From Planctomycetota bacterium (lineage in GTDB: Bacteria; Planctomycetota; Planctomycetia; Pirellulales; UBA1268), in the NCBI GenBank assembly GCA_018970605.1, contig JAGWWA010000002.1, positions 272-64,271 on the forward strand: a DNA stretch of 64,000 nt, in the 5' to 3' direction. The notes under the pieces are model-generated. The model had not been told where the DNA came from. It searched no databases and worked only from the letters and a program-made list of their open reading frames with translations. This document shows positions 8,388-18,131 of this stretch, in pieces. Numbering within the stretch: the first letter of the stretch is position 1; each line of letters begins with the position of its first letter. A program made the position numbers and the translations under genes.

Positions 8388-9707
8388 ATGAACGGAGCGG
8401 TGGAACGAAGGGTGGTGATCACGGGACTGGGAATCGTCTGCCCGCTCGGGCTCTCGCTCGACGAGTTTTGGACGGGGCTCGTCGAGGGCCGCAGCGGGAT
8501 CGGCCCGCTCGACGCCTTCGACAGCCGCGGCATCCCGCTCCATCATGCCGCCCAGGCCCGCGCATTCACCGGTGAGATCGACAACTTCGGCCCGCTCGAC
8601 GGCGAGAAGAAGAAGGCGATCCGCAAGGGCTGCAAGGTGATGTGCCGCGAGAGCCAGATGGCCGTGGCCGCGGCCCAGCGGGCCCTTCACGACTGCGGGG
8701 ACGCCGCCACACACCACCCGCCCGAGCGTTTTGGCTGCGTGTTCGGGTCCGACTACATGCTCACGATGCCGGAGGATTTCACATCGGGCGTCGCGGCGTG
8801 CCGGGCCGCCGACGGCGGATTCGACTTCCAGCGCTGGGGCACCGAAGGGATGGCGAAGATCACGCCGCTGTGGCTGCTGAAGTATCTTCCCAACATGCCG
8901 GCGAGCCACATCGCCATCTACAACGACCTGCGGGGGCCGAGCAACTCGCTGACGCTCCGCGAGGCCAGCGGCCACCTCGCCGTGGGCGAGGCCGCCGTCA
9001 CGATCAAGCGCGGCGCCGCCGACATCATGGTCGCGGGCGCGACCGGCACCCGCGTGCACCCGATGAAGACCGTCCATGCGATCCAGAGCGAGCAGGTGGC
9101 GATGGGCGACGACGATCCCGCCGCCTGGAGCCGCCCCTTCGACAAGCACCGTCGCGGGATGGTGCTCGGCGAGGGGGCTGCGGTGCTGGTGCTGGAGGAG
9201 TTGTCGCATGCCCGTGGCCGCGGCGCCACGATCTACGGCGAGGTCGTCGGCCATGCCGCGAGGTGCTCGACCGACCGGGCGGCGGTGGGCCGCCGACGGC
9301 ACTCCATCGCGCTGGCCATGGGCCGCGCGCTGGAGATGGCGGGCGTCGGCCCGGCCGACCTCGGGCACGTGCACGCGCATGGCGCGAGCACGGTGACCGG
9401 CGACCGCGAGGAGGCCGAGGGGATCCGCGACGTGCTGGGCGCGGCGGCCCGCACGGTGCCCACGGTGGCGGCCAAGAGCCACTTCGGCAACCTCGGCGGC
9501 GGCAGCGGCCTGGCGGAGTGCGTGGCGAGCATCCTGGCGCTCAGGCACGGGGAACTCTTCCCGCTCCTCAACCACCAGACCGACGACGAGGCCTGCGGCA
9601 TCCGGCCGGCGCGGCGGGGCGATCCTGCCGGCGAGGTCTTCGTCTCCACGTCCGTCACACCCCAGGGGCAGTCGGGGTCGGTGGTCATCCGATCGTGGCG
9701 GGCCTAG
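8388..9707 (+). CDS. FabF-like ketosynthase homolog lacking the catalytic Cys (Glu-His-Asn at the triad positions)
   Basis: RRVVITGLG, SRPFD and LGEGAAVLVLEEL give the KS fold. GPSNSLTLREAS aligns to GPNFAVATACAS of fabF, and KSHFGN to KSNLGH. Alternative start at 8334. Confidence 0.9.
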   Translation: MNGAVERRVVITGLGIVCPLGLSLDEFWTGLVEGRSGIGPLDAFDSRGIPLHHAAQARAFTGEIDNFGPLDGEKKKAIRKGCKVMCRESQMAVAAAQRALHDCGDAATHHPPERFGCVFGSDYMLTMPEDFTSGVAACRAADGGFDFQRWGTEGMAKITPLWLLKYLPNMPASHIAIYNDLRGPSNSLTLREASGHLAVGEAAVTIKRGAADIMVAGATGTRVHPMKTVHAIQSEQVAMGDDDPAAWSRPFDKHRRGMVLGEGAAVLVLEELSHARGRGATIYGEVVGHAARCSTDRAAVGRRRHSIALAMGRALEMAGVGPADLGHVHAHGASTVTGDREEAEGIRDVLGAAARTVPTVAAKSHFGNLGGGSGLAECVASILALRHGELFPLLNHQTDDEACGIRPARRGDPAGEVFVSTSVTPQGQSGSVVIRSWRA

Positions 9708-9733
9708 CGAGTCGCGGGCCAGACCGCCGCTCC

Positions 9734-9762
9734 TTGACAGACCCCCGCAAACGGCTTAATTT
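9734..9762 (+). promoter_or_regulatory. Putative sigma70 promoter of the nusA-infB-rbfA operon
   Basis: Consensus TTGACA (9734-9739), 17-nt spacer, TAATTT (9757-9762), in an AT-richer intergenic patch. Confidence 0.6.
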
Positions 9763-9917
9763 TCACGGGTTGCTCCTCGTGAGGATGGCTGCTGGTTCGC
9801 GGATACGCTTCCAAATGCCCGGCGCATGAACGCATGCGGGGTATTTCGGCGCCCATGTCGTGATATGGCGTCGGCCGTGCCGGCACCGCCATCTCACGGT
9901 TGGCATCCGAGAACCAC

Positions 9918-11219
9918 ATGAAGCCCGAAGAAATCCTCCGCATTGTCGACGCGATCCATCGCGACAAGAACATCGACAAGGAGATCGTGTTCCAGGCGAT
10001 CGAGGCCGCCCTGGTCACTGCGCTGTCGCGTCAGTACGGCGAGACGTCGGTCGTCACGGTCGACATCGACCGCGAGAGCGGCAAGGTGACCGGCACGCAC
10101 GACGGCCAGCCGCTCGACACCGCGGAACTCTCCGGCCGCATCGGCGCCCAGACCGCCAAGCAGGTGATCATCCAGAAGATCCGCGAGGCGGAGCGGGACG
10201 CCATCCACGACGAGTTCGAGGAGCAGGTGGGCCAGATGGTGTCCGGCGTCGTGACCCGCTTCGAAGGCGCCACCGCCACCGTCCAGGTCGGCACCCAGGA
10301 GGCGATCCTGCCGCGGAGCGAGCAGATTCCGGGGGAGTCGTACCATCCCAATGAGCGGATCCGGGGCACGATCTTCGAGGTCCGGAAGGTCGGCAGCCGC
10401 GTGAAGATCATCCTGTCGCGGATCCGCCCGCAGCTCGTGCAGCGGCTCTTCGAGCAGGAGATCCCGGAGATCGCCGACGGCGTGATCGAGATCCGGGCGA
10501 TCGCCCGCGAGCCCGGCTACCGCAGCAAGGTCGCCGTGATCAGTTCCGACAACCGGATCGACTGCGTGGGCGCCTGCGTCGGCGTCCGCGGCAACCGCAT
10601 CAAGAACATCGTCGAGGAACTCGGCGGCGAACGGATCGACATCGTCCGCTGGAACGACGACCTCCAGGTGCTCGTCCCCAACGCCCTGCAACCGGCCGAG
10701 GTGGACGAGGTGATCCTCTGCCAGATGCTCGGCCGCGGGATCGTGCTGGTCCGCGAGGACCAGCTCTCGCTCGCGATCGGCCGTCGCGGCCAGAACGTGC
10801 GGCTGGCCAGCAAGCTCTGCGGCTGGGACATCGAGATCATGACCCGCGAGGAGCTCGACCAGCAGATCGAGCGGGCGATCGCCGGCTTCTCGTCGATCGA
10901 GGGTCTCGACGAGTCGGTTGCCGAACGGCTCGTGGGCGAGGGCTTCCTCTCCTACGACGACCTCTCGGTGATCGAGCCCGACGATCTCATGGAAATGGGC
11001 GGCTTGACCGCCGAGCAGGTGGACGCGATCGTTGCGGAGGCCGAAGAGCGTGCCAGTCAGGTCGAGGCCGCGGCCGCGGACGAGCGGCGAAAGCAGCGGG
11101 AATCGGATCGGATCGCGAAGGCCACGGCCGACGCCGATGCGGCCGACGCGCTGGCGGCCCAGCAGGTGACGGAGTCGGGGGTGGCGACGCCCGCCCCGGA
11201 ATCCGTGCCCGAGTCGTGA
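9918..11219 (+). CDS. nusA: Transcription termination/antitermination factor NusA
   Basis: [33 protein letters not shown] and [17 protein letters not shown]. Confidence 0.97.
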   Translation: MKPEEILRIVDAIHRDKNIDKEIVFQAIEAALVTALSRQYGETSVVTVDIDRESGKVTGTHDGQPLDTAELSGRIGAQTAKQVIIQKIREAERDAIHDEFEEQVGQMVSGVVTRFEGATATVQVGTQEAILPRSEQIPGESYHPNERIRGTIFEVRKVGSRVKIILSRIRPQLVQRLFEQEIPEIADGVIEIRAIAREPGYRSKVAVISSDNRIDCVGACVGVRGNRIKNIVEELGGERIDIVRWNDDLQVLVPNALQPAEVDEVILCQMLGRGIVLVREDQLSLAIGRRGQNVRLASKLCGWDIEIMTREELDQQIERAIAGFSSIEGLDESVAERLVGEGFLSYDDLSVIEPDDLMEMGGLTAEQVDAIVAEAEERASQVEAAAADERRKQRESDRIAKATADADAADALAAQQVTESGVATPAPESVPES

Positions 11220-11276
11220 TGGTTGGAATCGGGCGTATGAAGGGGATCGGCGAGAGGCGTTGCGAGAGAGGGTCGA

Positions 11277-13907
11277 GTGGCTGTCCGAATCTACACGCTG
11301 GCGAAAGAACTCAAGCTCGACAGCAAGGAGCTCGTCGACCTGTGCACGCGCGCCGGCATCCAGGACAAGGGCTCGGCGCTCGCGAGCATGACCGACGAGG
11401 AGGTGGCGAAGCTCAAGGAGTTCATCGCCGCCAAGTCGAAGCCGCCTGAGCGGCCCGCCGCCGCGCCCGTGCGGCCCGGCGTCCCGGCTCCGTCGAAGCC
11501 AGCCGCCACCGGCAGCACGCTCAAGCGCGAGGACTACATCGCCCCGACGGGCGTGGCCAAGGGCAAGCCGCCCGAGGTCGCGTCGCCGAAGCCCGCCGCC
11601 ACCACCGAGGCCAAGCCCCGTCCGACCGTCCGACCGGGTGGCGACGGGCCCAAGCCCGTGCCGCGGCCGGCGTTCAAGCTCGCCCCCGTCCCGGCGGCTG
11701 GTCGCGCGCCGATCACGCCTCGGCCCTCTTCGCAGGAGCCGGTGGCCCAGAAGCCCGACGTCAAGCTTCCGCTCGACGCGATCCGCAGTGCGAAGGCCGG
11801 CGGCGCCAAGCCGCTTGCCGACCACATGCGGAAGCACGAGCAGCAGCGTGCCGCCGACGCGACGCGGCAGCGGACCAGCGGCCTGCTGCGTGGAGGCGCC
11901 GGAACGCCGACCGCCGTACCGCCGCCGATGGCTCCCGGCGTTCGGCCGCGGCGGACGCCCTCGAAGGGGGGCGACGGCAAGGACGACTCGCTCGGCGGTC
12001 GCGAACAGCGGCAGCTCAGCCGCAAGAAGATCAGCGACGGCCGCGGGATGGGTGACGACGATTTCTCGTCGCGTCGCCGCCGCGGCTCCCGCCCCCGGAA
12101 GAGCGGCGCCTCGACCGCCGCCCCGCGAAAGACCAACGCCTCGATCCAGGTGCCGTGCAACGTGCGGGCCTTCTCGGAGGCGATCGGACTCTCGGCGAGC
12201 GAGGTGCTCAAGAAGCTGCTCTCGTTCGGTCTTGGCCAGATGCCGAGCATGTCCACGGTACTCGACCGCGACACGGTGGAACTGCTGGCGGCCGAACTCG
12301 GCGTGCAGCTCGACCTCAAGACGGCGGAGGACCTGGAAAAGGACCTGCTCGCCGGCTTCGACGCCGCCGACGAGGATCCCTCGCTCCGGCAGCCGCGGGC
12401 TCCGGTCGTCACGTTCCTCGGACACGTCGACCACGGCAAGACGTCGCTGCTCGACAAGATTCTGGGCATCGACGTGGCCGCCCGCGAGAGCGGCGGCATC
12501 ACGCAGCACATCCGTGCCTACACCGTCGACCGCAACGACAAGTCGATCACGTTCGTCGACACCCCGGGTCACGAAGCCTTCACGCAGATGCGGGCTCGCG
12601 GTGCCAACGTCACCGACTGCGCCGTGATCGTGGTCGCGGCAGACGACGGCGTGATGCCACAAACGGAAGAGGCGATCAGCCACGCCAAGGCGGCCGGCGT
12701 GCCGATCGTGGCCTGCATCAACAAGATCGACCTTCCCGGCGCCGACGTGCAGCGGGTCTACCAGCAGCTGGCCGCCGCCGAACTCCTGCCGACGGAATGG
12801 GGCGGCGAGACGGAAGTCGTGAAGACGAGCGCCGTGACGGGCGAGGGCGTCGACTCGCTGCTCGACACGCTGCTGACGATCGCCGAACTCCACGACCTGC
12901 GGGCCAATCCCGACCGCATGGCCGCCGGCGTCTGCCTCGATGCCTCGATCCACGAGGGCCGGGGCGTCGTGGCCTGCCTGCTCGTCCAGAAGGGCACGCT
13001 CAATGTCGGCGACCCGCTCGTCTGCGGCGAGGCCACCGGCCACGTGAAGTCGATGTTCGACACGCTCACGCGTCGAAAGGTGACGGAGGCGGGCCCTGCC
13101 CGGCCGGTGTTCGTGACCGGGCTCGACGTGCCCCCTGGCGCCGGCGACCGCTTCCAGGAGGTGGAGTCGATCGCCCTGGCACGCGAAGTGGCCCTGAAGC
13201 GTGCCGACATCCGCCGTCAATCGCATCTCTCGAGCGCCCCGGTCCACGTCACGCTGGAAAACCTCGCCGACCGGCTCGGTGCCGACAAGGCGCCCACGCT
13301 CAACCTCATCCTCCGCGCCGACGTCCGCGGATCGATCGAGGCGATCCTCAAGGAACTCCAGAAGCTCGACCATCCCGAGGTCAAGATCCGGGTGCTCCAG
13401 GCGACCGTCGGCGGCGTGACCGAGGCCGACGTGCAGCTTGCCGACGCCTCGGACGCGGTGATCATCGCCTTCAACGTGGTCCCCGACGAACGGGCCCGTT
13501 CACTGGCGGAAGACAAGGGCGTGCAGGTCCGCCGCTACGACATCATCTACCAGGTGACCGACGACCTGAAGAAGGCGCTCGAGGGCATGCTCGCCCCGGA
13601 GAAGAGGGAAAACGAACTCGGCCGCGCCGTGGTTCAGCGGACCTTCTCGATCAGCCGCCTTGGTGTCATCGCCGGCTGCCGCGTGATCGCGGGGGTCATC
13701 GCCCGCAACGCCCGCCTGCGAGTGATCCGCGACAACCGCGTGATCGGCGACTACGGGATCGAGTCGCTCAAGCGGGAGAAGGACGACGCCCGCGAGGTGC
13801 GTGACGGCCTGGAGTGCGGCATCAAGGTGGCCGGCTTCAACGACTTGAAGGAGGGCGACATCTTCGAGTGCTATCGCGTCGAGGAAGTCGCGCGGACGCT
13901 GTCGTGA
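11277..13907 (+). CDS. infB: Translation initiation factor IF-2
   Basis: [37 protein letters not shown] and NKID. Confidence 0.98.
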   Translation: MAVRIYTLAKELKLDSKELVDLCTRAGIQDKGSALASMTDEEVAKLKEFIAAKSKPPERPAAAPVRPGVPAPSKPAATGSTLKREDYIAPTGVAKGKPPEVASPKPAATTEAKPRPTVRPGGDGPKPVPRPAFKLAPVPAAGRAPITPRPSSQEPVAQKPDVKLPLDAIRSAKAGGAKPLADHMRKHEQQRAADATRQRTSGLLRGGAGTPTAVPPPMAPGVRPRRTPSKGGDGKDDSLGGREQRQLSRKKISDGRGMGDDDFSSRRRRGSRPRKSGASTAAPRKTNASIQVPCNVRAFSEAIGLSASEVLKKLLSFGLGQMPSMSTVLDRDTVELLAAELGVQLDLKTAEDLEKDLLAGFDAADEDPSLRQPRAPVVTFLGHVDHGKTSLLDKILGIDVAARESGGITQHIRAYTVDRNDKSITFVDTPGHEAFTQMRARGANVTDCAVIVVAADDGVMPQTEEAISHAKAAGVPIVACINKIDLPGADVQRVYQQLAAAELLPTEWGGETEVVKTSAVTGEGVDSLLDTLLTIAELHDLRANPDRMAAGVCLDASIHEGRGVVACLLVQKGTLNVGDPLVCGEATGHVKSMFDTLTRRKVTEAGPARPVFVTGLDVPPGAGDRFQEVESIALAREVALKRADIRRQSHLSSAPVHVTLENLADRLGADKAPTLNLILRADVRGSIEAILKELQKLDHPEVKIRVLQATVGGVTEADVQLADASDAVIIAFNVVPDERARSLAEDKGVQVRRYDIIYQVTDDLKKALEGMLAPEKRENELGRAVVQRTFSISRLGVIAGCRVIAGVIARNARLRVIRDNRVIGDYGIESLKREKDDAREVRDGLECGIKVAGFNDLKEGDIFECYRVEEVARTLS

Positions 13908-14308
13908 GCACCCGACGACTGTTGAAGGCGGCCGAGGCGGTTCGGGAGGTGGTCAGCATGGCCATCCTCACGGAGGTCCGCGACCCGCGGGTCAAGGACG
14001 TCACGGTGACCGGCGTCGAGATGGCTCCCGACATGCGGTCGGCGATCGTGCATGTTTCGATCATGGGTGGCCCGGCGAAGGAGAAGCTCGCGCTCCAGGG
14101 TCTCGCCCGATCGGCAGGCTTCCTGCAATCGCGGATCGCCGACCGGATCGAAACCCGCTACACGCCGAAGCTCCGCTTTGAACTCGACGGCGGCATCAAG
14201 AAATCGATCGAAATCGCCCGCATGCTCCACGAGGTCCTTCCGCCGACCCCGACGGACGACGACACCGAACCATCCTCCCCTTCCGTGGCCTCCCAGGACG
14301 ACGCATGA
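13904..14308 (+). CDS. rbfA: 30S ribosome-binding factor RbfA
   Basis: EVRDPRV, VTGVEMAPDMRSA and RYTPKLRF. Its GTG overlaps the infB stop (GTGA). Confidence 0.93.
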   Translation: MSTRRLLKAAEAVREVVSMAILTEVRDPRVKDVTVTGVEMAPDMRSAIVHVSIMGGPAKEKLALQGLARSAGFLQSRIADRIETRYTPKLRFELDGGIKKSIEIARMLHEVLPPTPTDDDTEPSSPSVASQDDA

Positions 14309-15660
14309 CCGCCCCGAAGAAGCCCGCCGGCAAAAAGCCGGCCCACGCCCCGAAGAAGCCCATCGCCAAAGCGGCCGCCAAGCCGGCCGCCAAACCAGGA
14401 TCAAAGCCCGCACCGACGAAGGCGTCCCCTCCCGTCAAGGCATCGGGCAAGTCGGCCCCGGCGAAGGCCGGGGGGCCGGCGAAGGCCGGGGGGCCGGCGA
14501 AGGCCGGGGGGCCGGCGAAGGCCGTGGGTCCCGCGAAGGCCGCGGCCGCCGCGAAACCCGTCGTACCCGCGAAGGTCGAACCACCGAAACTGCCGCCCGA
14601 GAAGGTGCCGCCGCGGGCCCAGTTGATTCCGAAACTTCACAAGGCGCTCAAAGCCGCCTACAAGCCGGTGCCGTTCGACACCGCCCGGCCGCTGCTCGAC
14701 CAGGTGCTCGTGGCCTGCTGCCTCGAGAACGCCCCCTACGACGTGGCCGAGAAGGCCTGTGCACGGCTGCGTGAGTCGGCCTTCGACCTCAACGAGATCC
14801 GCGTGACCACCGTCGCGGAACTCGCCGAGTTCCTCCACGACCTGCCCGACCCGGCCCATGCCGCCCTCTCGCTCCGCCGCGTGCTGCAGAGCGTGTTCGA
14901 ATCGACCTACAACTTCTCGCTCGACCACGCCAAGAAGCACTCCCTGGCCCACGGCCTCAAGGTGCTCGAGGGCATGCACGGCGTGCCGCCGTTCGTCGTG
15001 GCACACGTCGTCTCGACGGCGCTCGACGGACACATGATTCCGCTCGACAAGGGGGCGATCGCGGCGCTCTACGTGTGCGGGCTGACGACGCGGGCGGAGT
15101 ACGACTCCGGCAAGGTGCCCGGCCTGGAACGGATCATCGGCAAGAAGTCCGGGGTGGAGTTCAGTTCGCTGCTCCACCAGTTCGGCATCGAGGTGCTCAC
15201 CAACCTCCACGGCAACACCGTGCGGAAGGTGATGCAGGCGGTGAACCCGGCGGCCCTCAAGGACCGCATGCCGAAGCGGGGCGACCCGCTCCCGACCCCT
15301 ACACCACCGCCGCCCGCCACCGACAAGGAGAGCCTCAAGGCCGCCGAAGCCGCCCGAAACGCGGCCGAGGAGCACCGCCCGGCCGGCCCTCAGGCAGCGG
15401 CCCGCCCCGTGGGGAAGACGCCAATGCCCCCCGCCGGGTCGGGACCCAAGAAGCCGGGCGACGGCAAGTCGGGGCCGAAGCCGTTCGTGGTGAAGCCGAA
15501 CGTCGGCAAACCGCTGACGATCAAGCCGCAGATGGCTCCGCCGCCGGAGCCCGCGAAGCCGGCGCCGGCCGCCAAGAAGCCGACGAAGCCCGCCGCCAAG
15601 CAACCCGACGCGAAGGGAGACCGTCATTCGGCCGACCTGAGCAAGCGGAAGCCCCGGTGA
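14305..15660 (+). CDS. Hypothetical protein with Lys/Ala/Pro-rich (histone H1-like) termini and a degenerate endonuclease III/HhH-like core
   Basis: PAKA repeats at the N-terminus and a KKP-rich C-terminus. Core reads LLDQVLVACCLEN..DLNEIRVTTVAEL..GHMIPLD. ATGA overlap with rbfA. Confidence 0.7.
   Translation: MTAPKKPAGKKPAHAPKKPIAKAAAKPAAKPGSKPAPTKASPPVKASGKSAPAKAGGPAKAGGPAKAGGPAKAVGPAKAAAAAKPVVPAKVEPPKLPPEKVPPRAQLIPKLHKALKAAYKPVPFDTARPLLDQVLVACCLENAPYDVAEKACARLRESAFDLNEIRVTTVAELAEFLHDLPDPAHAALSLRRVLQSVFESTYNFSLDHAKKHSLAHGLKVLEGMHGVPPFVVAHVVSTALDGHMIPLDKGAIAALYVCGLTTRAEYDSGKVPGLERIIGKKSGVEFSSLLHQFGIEVLTNLHGNTVRKVMQAVNPAALKDRMPKRGDPLPTPTPPPPATDKESLKAAEAARNAAEEHRPAGPQAAARPVGKTPMPPAGSGPKKPGDGKSGPKPFVVKPNVGKPLTIKPQMAPPPEPAKPAPAAKKPTKPAAKQPDAKGDRHSADLSKRKPR
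14458..14541 (+). repeat. In-frame 18-bp tandem repeat encoding PAKAGG
   Basis: ccggcgaaggccgggggg three times, followed by degenerate copies. Confidence 0.85.
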
Positions 15661-15703
15661 CGGAAGGCCGACGACAGCAGCGCATCGCGAGGGAGAAACA
15701 CGC

Positions 15704-16453
15704 GTGGCCGGACATTCCCACTGGGCGAACATCGCCCGCAAGAAGTCGCTGATCGACGCCAAGCGGGGCAAGCTCTGGAGCAAGCTCGCCAAGGCGATCA
15801 TCGTGGCCGCCAAGCACGGCGGCGCCGACCCGGATGCCAACCTCCGGCTGCGGTACGCGATCGACGCGGCCAAGGCCGTGAGCATGCCCAAGGACAACAT
15901 TCAGCGGGCGATCAAGACGGGCACGGGCGAACTCAAGGGGGGCGATCTCGAGGAGTCGCTCTACGAGGGCTATGGCGCCGGCGGCGTGGCGGTGCTCTGC
16001 GAGATCCTCACCGACAACAAGAACCGCACGGCCCCCGAGATCCGCAAGATCTTCGAGATGTGCGGCGGCAAACTCGGCGGCACTGGTTGCGTGGCCTACC
16101 TCTTCGAGCGCAAGGGCCTGGTGCGGCTGCCGCAGGCGGGCTGCGACGAGGACCAACTCATGGAAGTCGCCCTCGAGGCGGGGGCCGACGACGTGAAGCT
16201 CTCGGGCGACCGCTGGGAGGTGACCTGCGACCCGACGGCGATGGCGGCGGTGATCGACGCCCTTGGCAAGGCCGGCCTCGGGGTGGAGTCGAACGAAATC
16301 GTGCGGATCCCGACCAACACGGTGGACGTGGATGACGTCGAGACCGCCCGCAAGGTGCTGGCGCTGATGGAGCGTCTGGACGACCACGACGACGTCCAGA
16401 GCGTGTCGGCCAACTTCAGCATCCCCGACGAAGCCATGGCCCAGCTGGGCTGA
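15704..16453 (+). CDS. yebC: YebC/PmpR family regulator
   Basis: MAGHSHWANI, MPKDNIQRAI, YEGYGAGGVA, TDNKNRT and DDVQSV. Confidence 0.96.
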   Translation: MAGHSHWANIARKKSLIDAKRGKLWSKLAKAIIVAAKHGGADPDANLRLRYAIDAAKAVSMPKDNIQRAIKTGTGELKGGDLEESLYEGYGAGGVAVLCEILTDNKNRTAPEIRKIFEMCGGKLGGTGCVAYLFERKGLVRLPQAGCDEDQLMEVALEAGADDVKLSGDRWEVTCDPTAMAAVIDALGKAGLGVESNEIVRIPTNTVDVDDVETARKVLALMERLDDHDDVQSVSANFSIPDEAMAQLG

Positions 16454-16467
16454 GGGCCACGTATTTC

Positions 16468-16535
16468 GTAGAACGGGTTTCCAACCTGTTTTTGAATCGT
16501 TCGCCGATTCGGCACAGATTGAAAACGTGTGCTAC
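16468..16535. repeat. Module D: GTAG-tagged REP doublet (REPIN-like) between convergent genes
   Basis: GTAG-aacgggtt-tcc-aacctgtt ... gcacagatt-gaa-aacgtgtg-CTAC, with an inner gaatcg/cgattc hairpin. Confidence 0.75.
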
Positions 16536-16576
16536 GAGGGCAGGGGCAGCCACATCACGATCGACGGCTGTAGGCC

Positions 16577-18124
16577 CTACGGCGCCGCCGCGGCCGCGGC
16601 GGGCTTCGGCTCGGCCGCAGAATTCTCCGGCTCGGAATGCTCGACCTGCGGCCAGTATTCGTCGAAATCGAACTGCGGGCTGTTGTCGAGGTCGTGGCAC
16701 TCGAGGCAGTTGTTCACCGCTTTCTGCTTGCCCTCCGGCGTGGCGAGCGTGAGCACGAGTTCCTGGCGAAGCCGCTCCCGCTCGGCCTCGCTCGCCCGCA
16801 CATCACCCCGCTCGACCGCCGTGTGCGCCGCCGCGGGCCCGTGACAGTTCTCGCAGCCTTGGTGCGCCAGCTGCGGCGTCGTCTTCATGCCGGCGAAACC
16901 TCCCTCGAACGGCTCAAACCGCTGCGGCGCCCAGCCCGTCACGTGGCACGACAGGCATTCCGGATCGCCGTCGCGCCGGGGCTTCTGCTCCTCGAGCGTG
17001 GTCAGCGCCGTCGCATGCGGCGTGTCCTTCCAGACGTCGTAGGCCTCCTGATGGCACTCCGCACAGGCCTCGCTGCCGGCGAACCGCCGCCCGGACGGAT
17101 GCCGGATCGGCACGAGGCCAAGCCCGTCGAGCCCGAGCGTCTCCAGTTTCTGCTGGTAGGTGCCGAGCAGGTCGATCATGTCCTTCGACTCTCCCCAGCG
17201 GGCATCCAACGGCACCCGCTGTGTGCGAACCGGCTTGTCCTCGTCGGAAAAGTAGCCGATCACCACCGCGAACATCCCCTTGTGGCCGAGTTCCACGAGC
17301 TTCGCCCCGCCTGGCAGAGGCGGCAGTTCCAGCGGCGGCTCGTCGGCTCCGCCGGCCGTGACCACGATGTCGAACTGCGGATGCTTCGCCGCCAGGGCCT
17401 TCGTCTCCTCCGGAGTCGCGAAGGCGAGCAGCACCTGGTGGTCGCAACCCTCCTGTGCGAGTTCAGCCGCCACCTTCGCGAGCGACTCGCCAGCGGGCGC
17501 GAACTCGACGTCGGCATTCTTGATCCGCGCCAGTTCCTGGTCGCCAAGCACGCTGGTGATGCCGATCTTCAACCCGCCCGCCTCAACCACGCGAAACCTC
17601 GGAGTGATTCCCGCGTCGAGGCCGAGCAGGCCGACGTTGGCGCTCACGAACGGCGTCGGCTGGTCGCCCACCGCGGCCACGCCGGCCACCAGTTCCTCGG
17701 CCGGCAGCCGCAGGTCACCGGGCCCAAACCCGACGGCCGCGTATTTCATCGCCCGCAGGCCGTCCACGATCGACTGAAACTTCGCCTCCGTCTGCCGGCC
17801 AAACCGCTTCACTTGATTGCCCACGTCGACGGCCACGAGCGGCCAGCCGGCCTCTTCGATCGCGCGGAGGAAGTTCTGCCGCCGACTCAGTCCGCCTTTC
17901 TGGTTTTCCTTGCCGGTGCATCCGCAGGGCTCGATGTAGCCGTCGAGTTCACCGGTGATCACGAGCACGGCCTGCGGGGCCGGCCAGTCGGTGAAGATCG
18001 GCCCGTTCCGCTCCTGAAACGTGGCCATGATCTCCTTGGAGACGTCGGCACCCCGCTCCGGCACCGCGGCGATGCACGCGAGAGCGACGCAGAAGACCAG
18101 GATCACCGGAACGAATTTGTTCAT
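16577..18124 (-). CDS. Secreted multiheme c-type cytochrome (4 CxxCH, c554-like) with an N-terminal 5'-nucleotidase/metallophosphatase-like domain
   Basis: Signal peptide, GYIEPCGC and GGLSRR motifs, then CAECH, CLSCH, CENCH and CLECH. Confidence 0.85.
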   Translation of the reverse strand: MNKFVPVILVFCVALACIAAVPERGADVSKEIMATFQERNGPIFTDWPAPQAVLVITGELDGYIEPCGCTGKENQKGGLSRRQNFLRAIEEAGWPLVAVDVGNQVKRFGRQTEAKFQSIVDGLRAMKYAAVGFGPGDLRLPAEELVAGVAAVGDQPTPFVSANVGLLGLDAGITPRFRVVEAGGLKIGITSVLGDQELARIKNADVEFAPAGESLAKVAAELAQEGCDHQVLLAFATPEETKALAAKHPQFDIVVTAGGADEPPLELPPLPGGAKLVELGHKGMFAVVIGYFSDEDKPVRTQRVPLDARWGESKDMIDLLGTYQQKLETLGLDGLGLVPIRHPSGRRFAGSEACAECHQEAYDVWKDTPHATALTTLEEQKPRRDGDPECLSCHVTGWAPQRFEPFEGGFAGMKTTPQLAHQGCENCHGPAAAHTAVERGDVRASEAERERLRQELVLTLATPEGKQKAVNNCLECHDLDNSPQFDFDEYWPQVEHSEPENSAAEPKPAAAAAAP

Positions 18125-18131
18125 GGATGGC

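Noticed and set aside
9894-13373. Very long antisense ORFs (1159 aa here, 1273 aa at 43707-47528, 847 aa at 35708-38251 and others)
   Set aside because: These are shadow ORFs opposite well-supported genes, expected from high-GC codon bias, and show no recognisable motifs.
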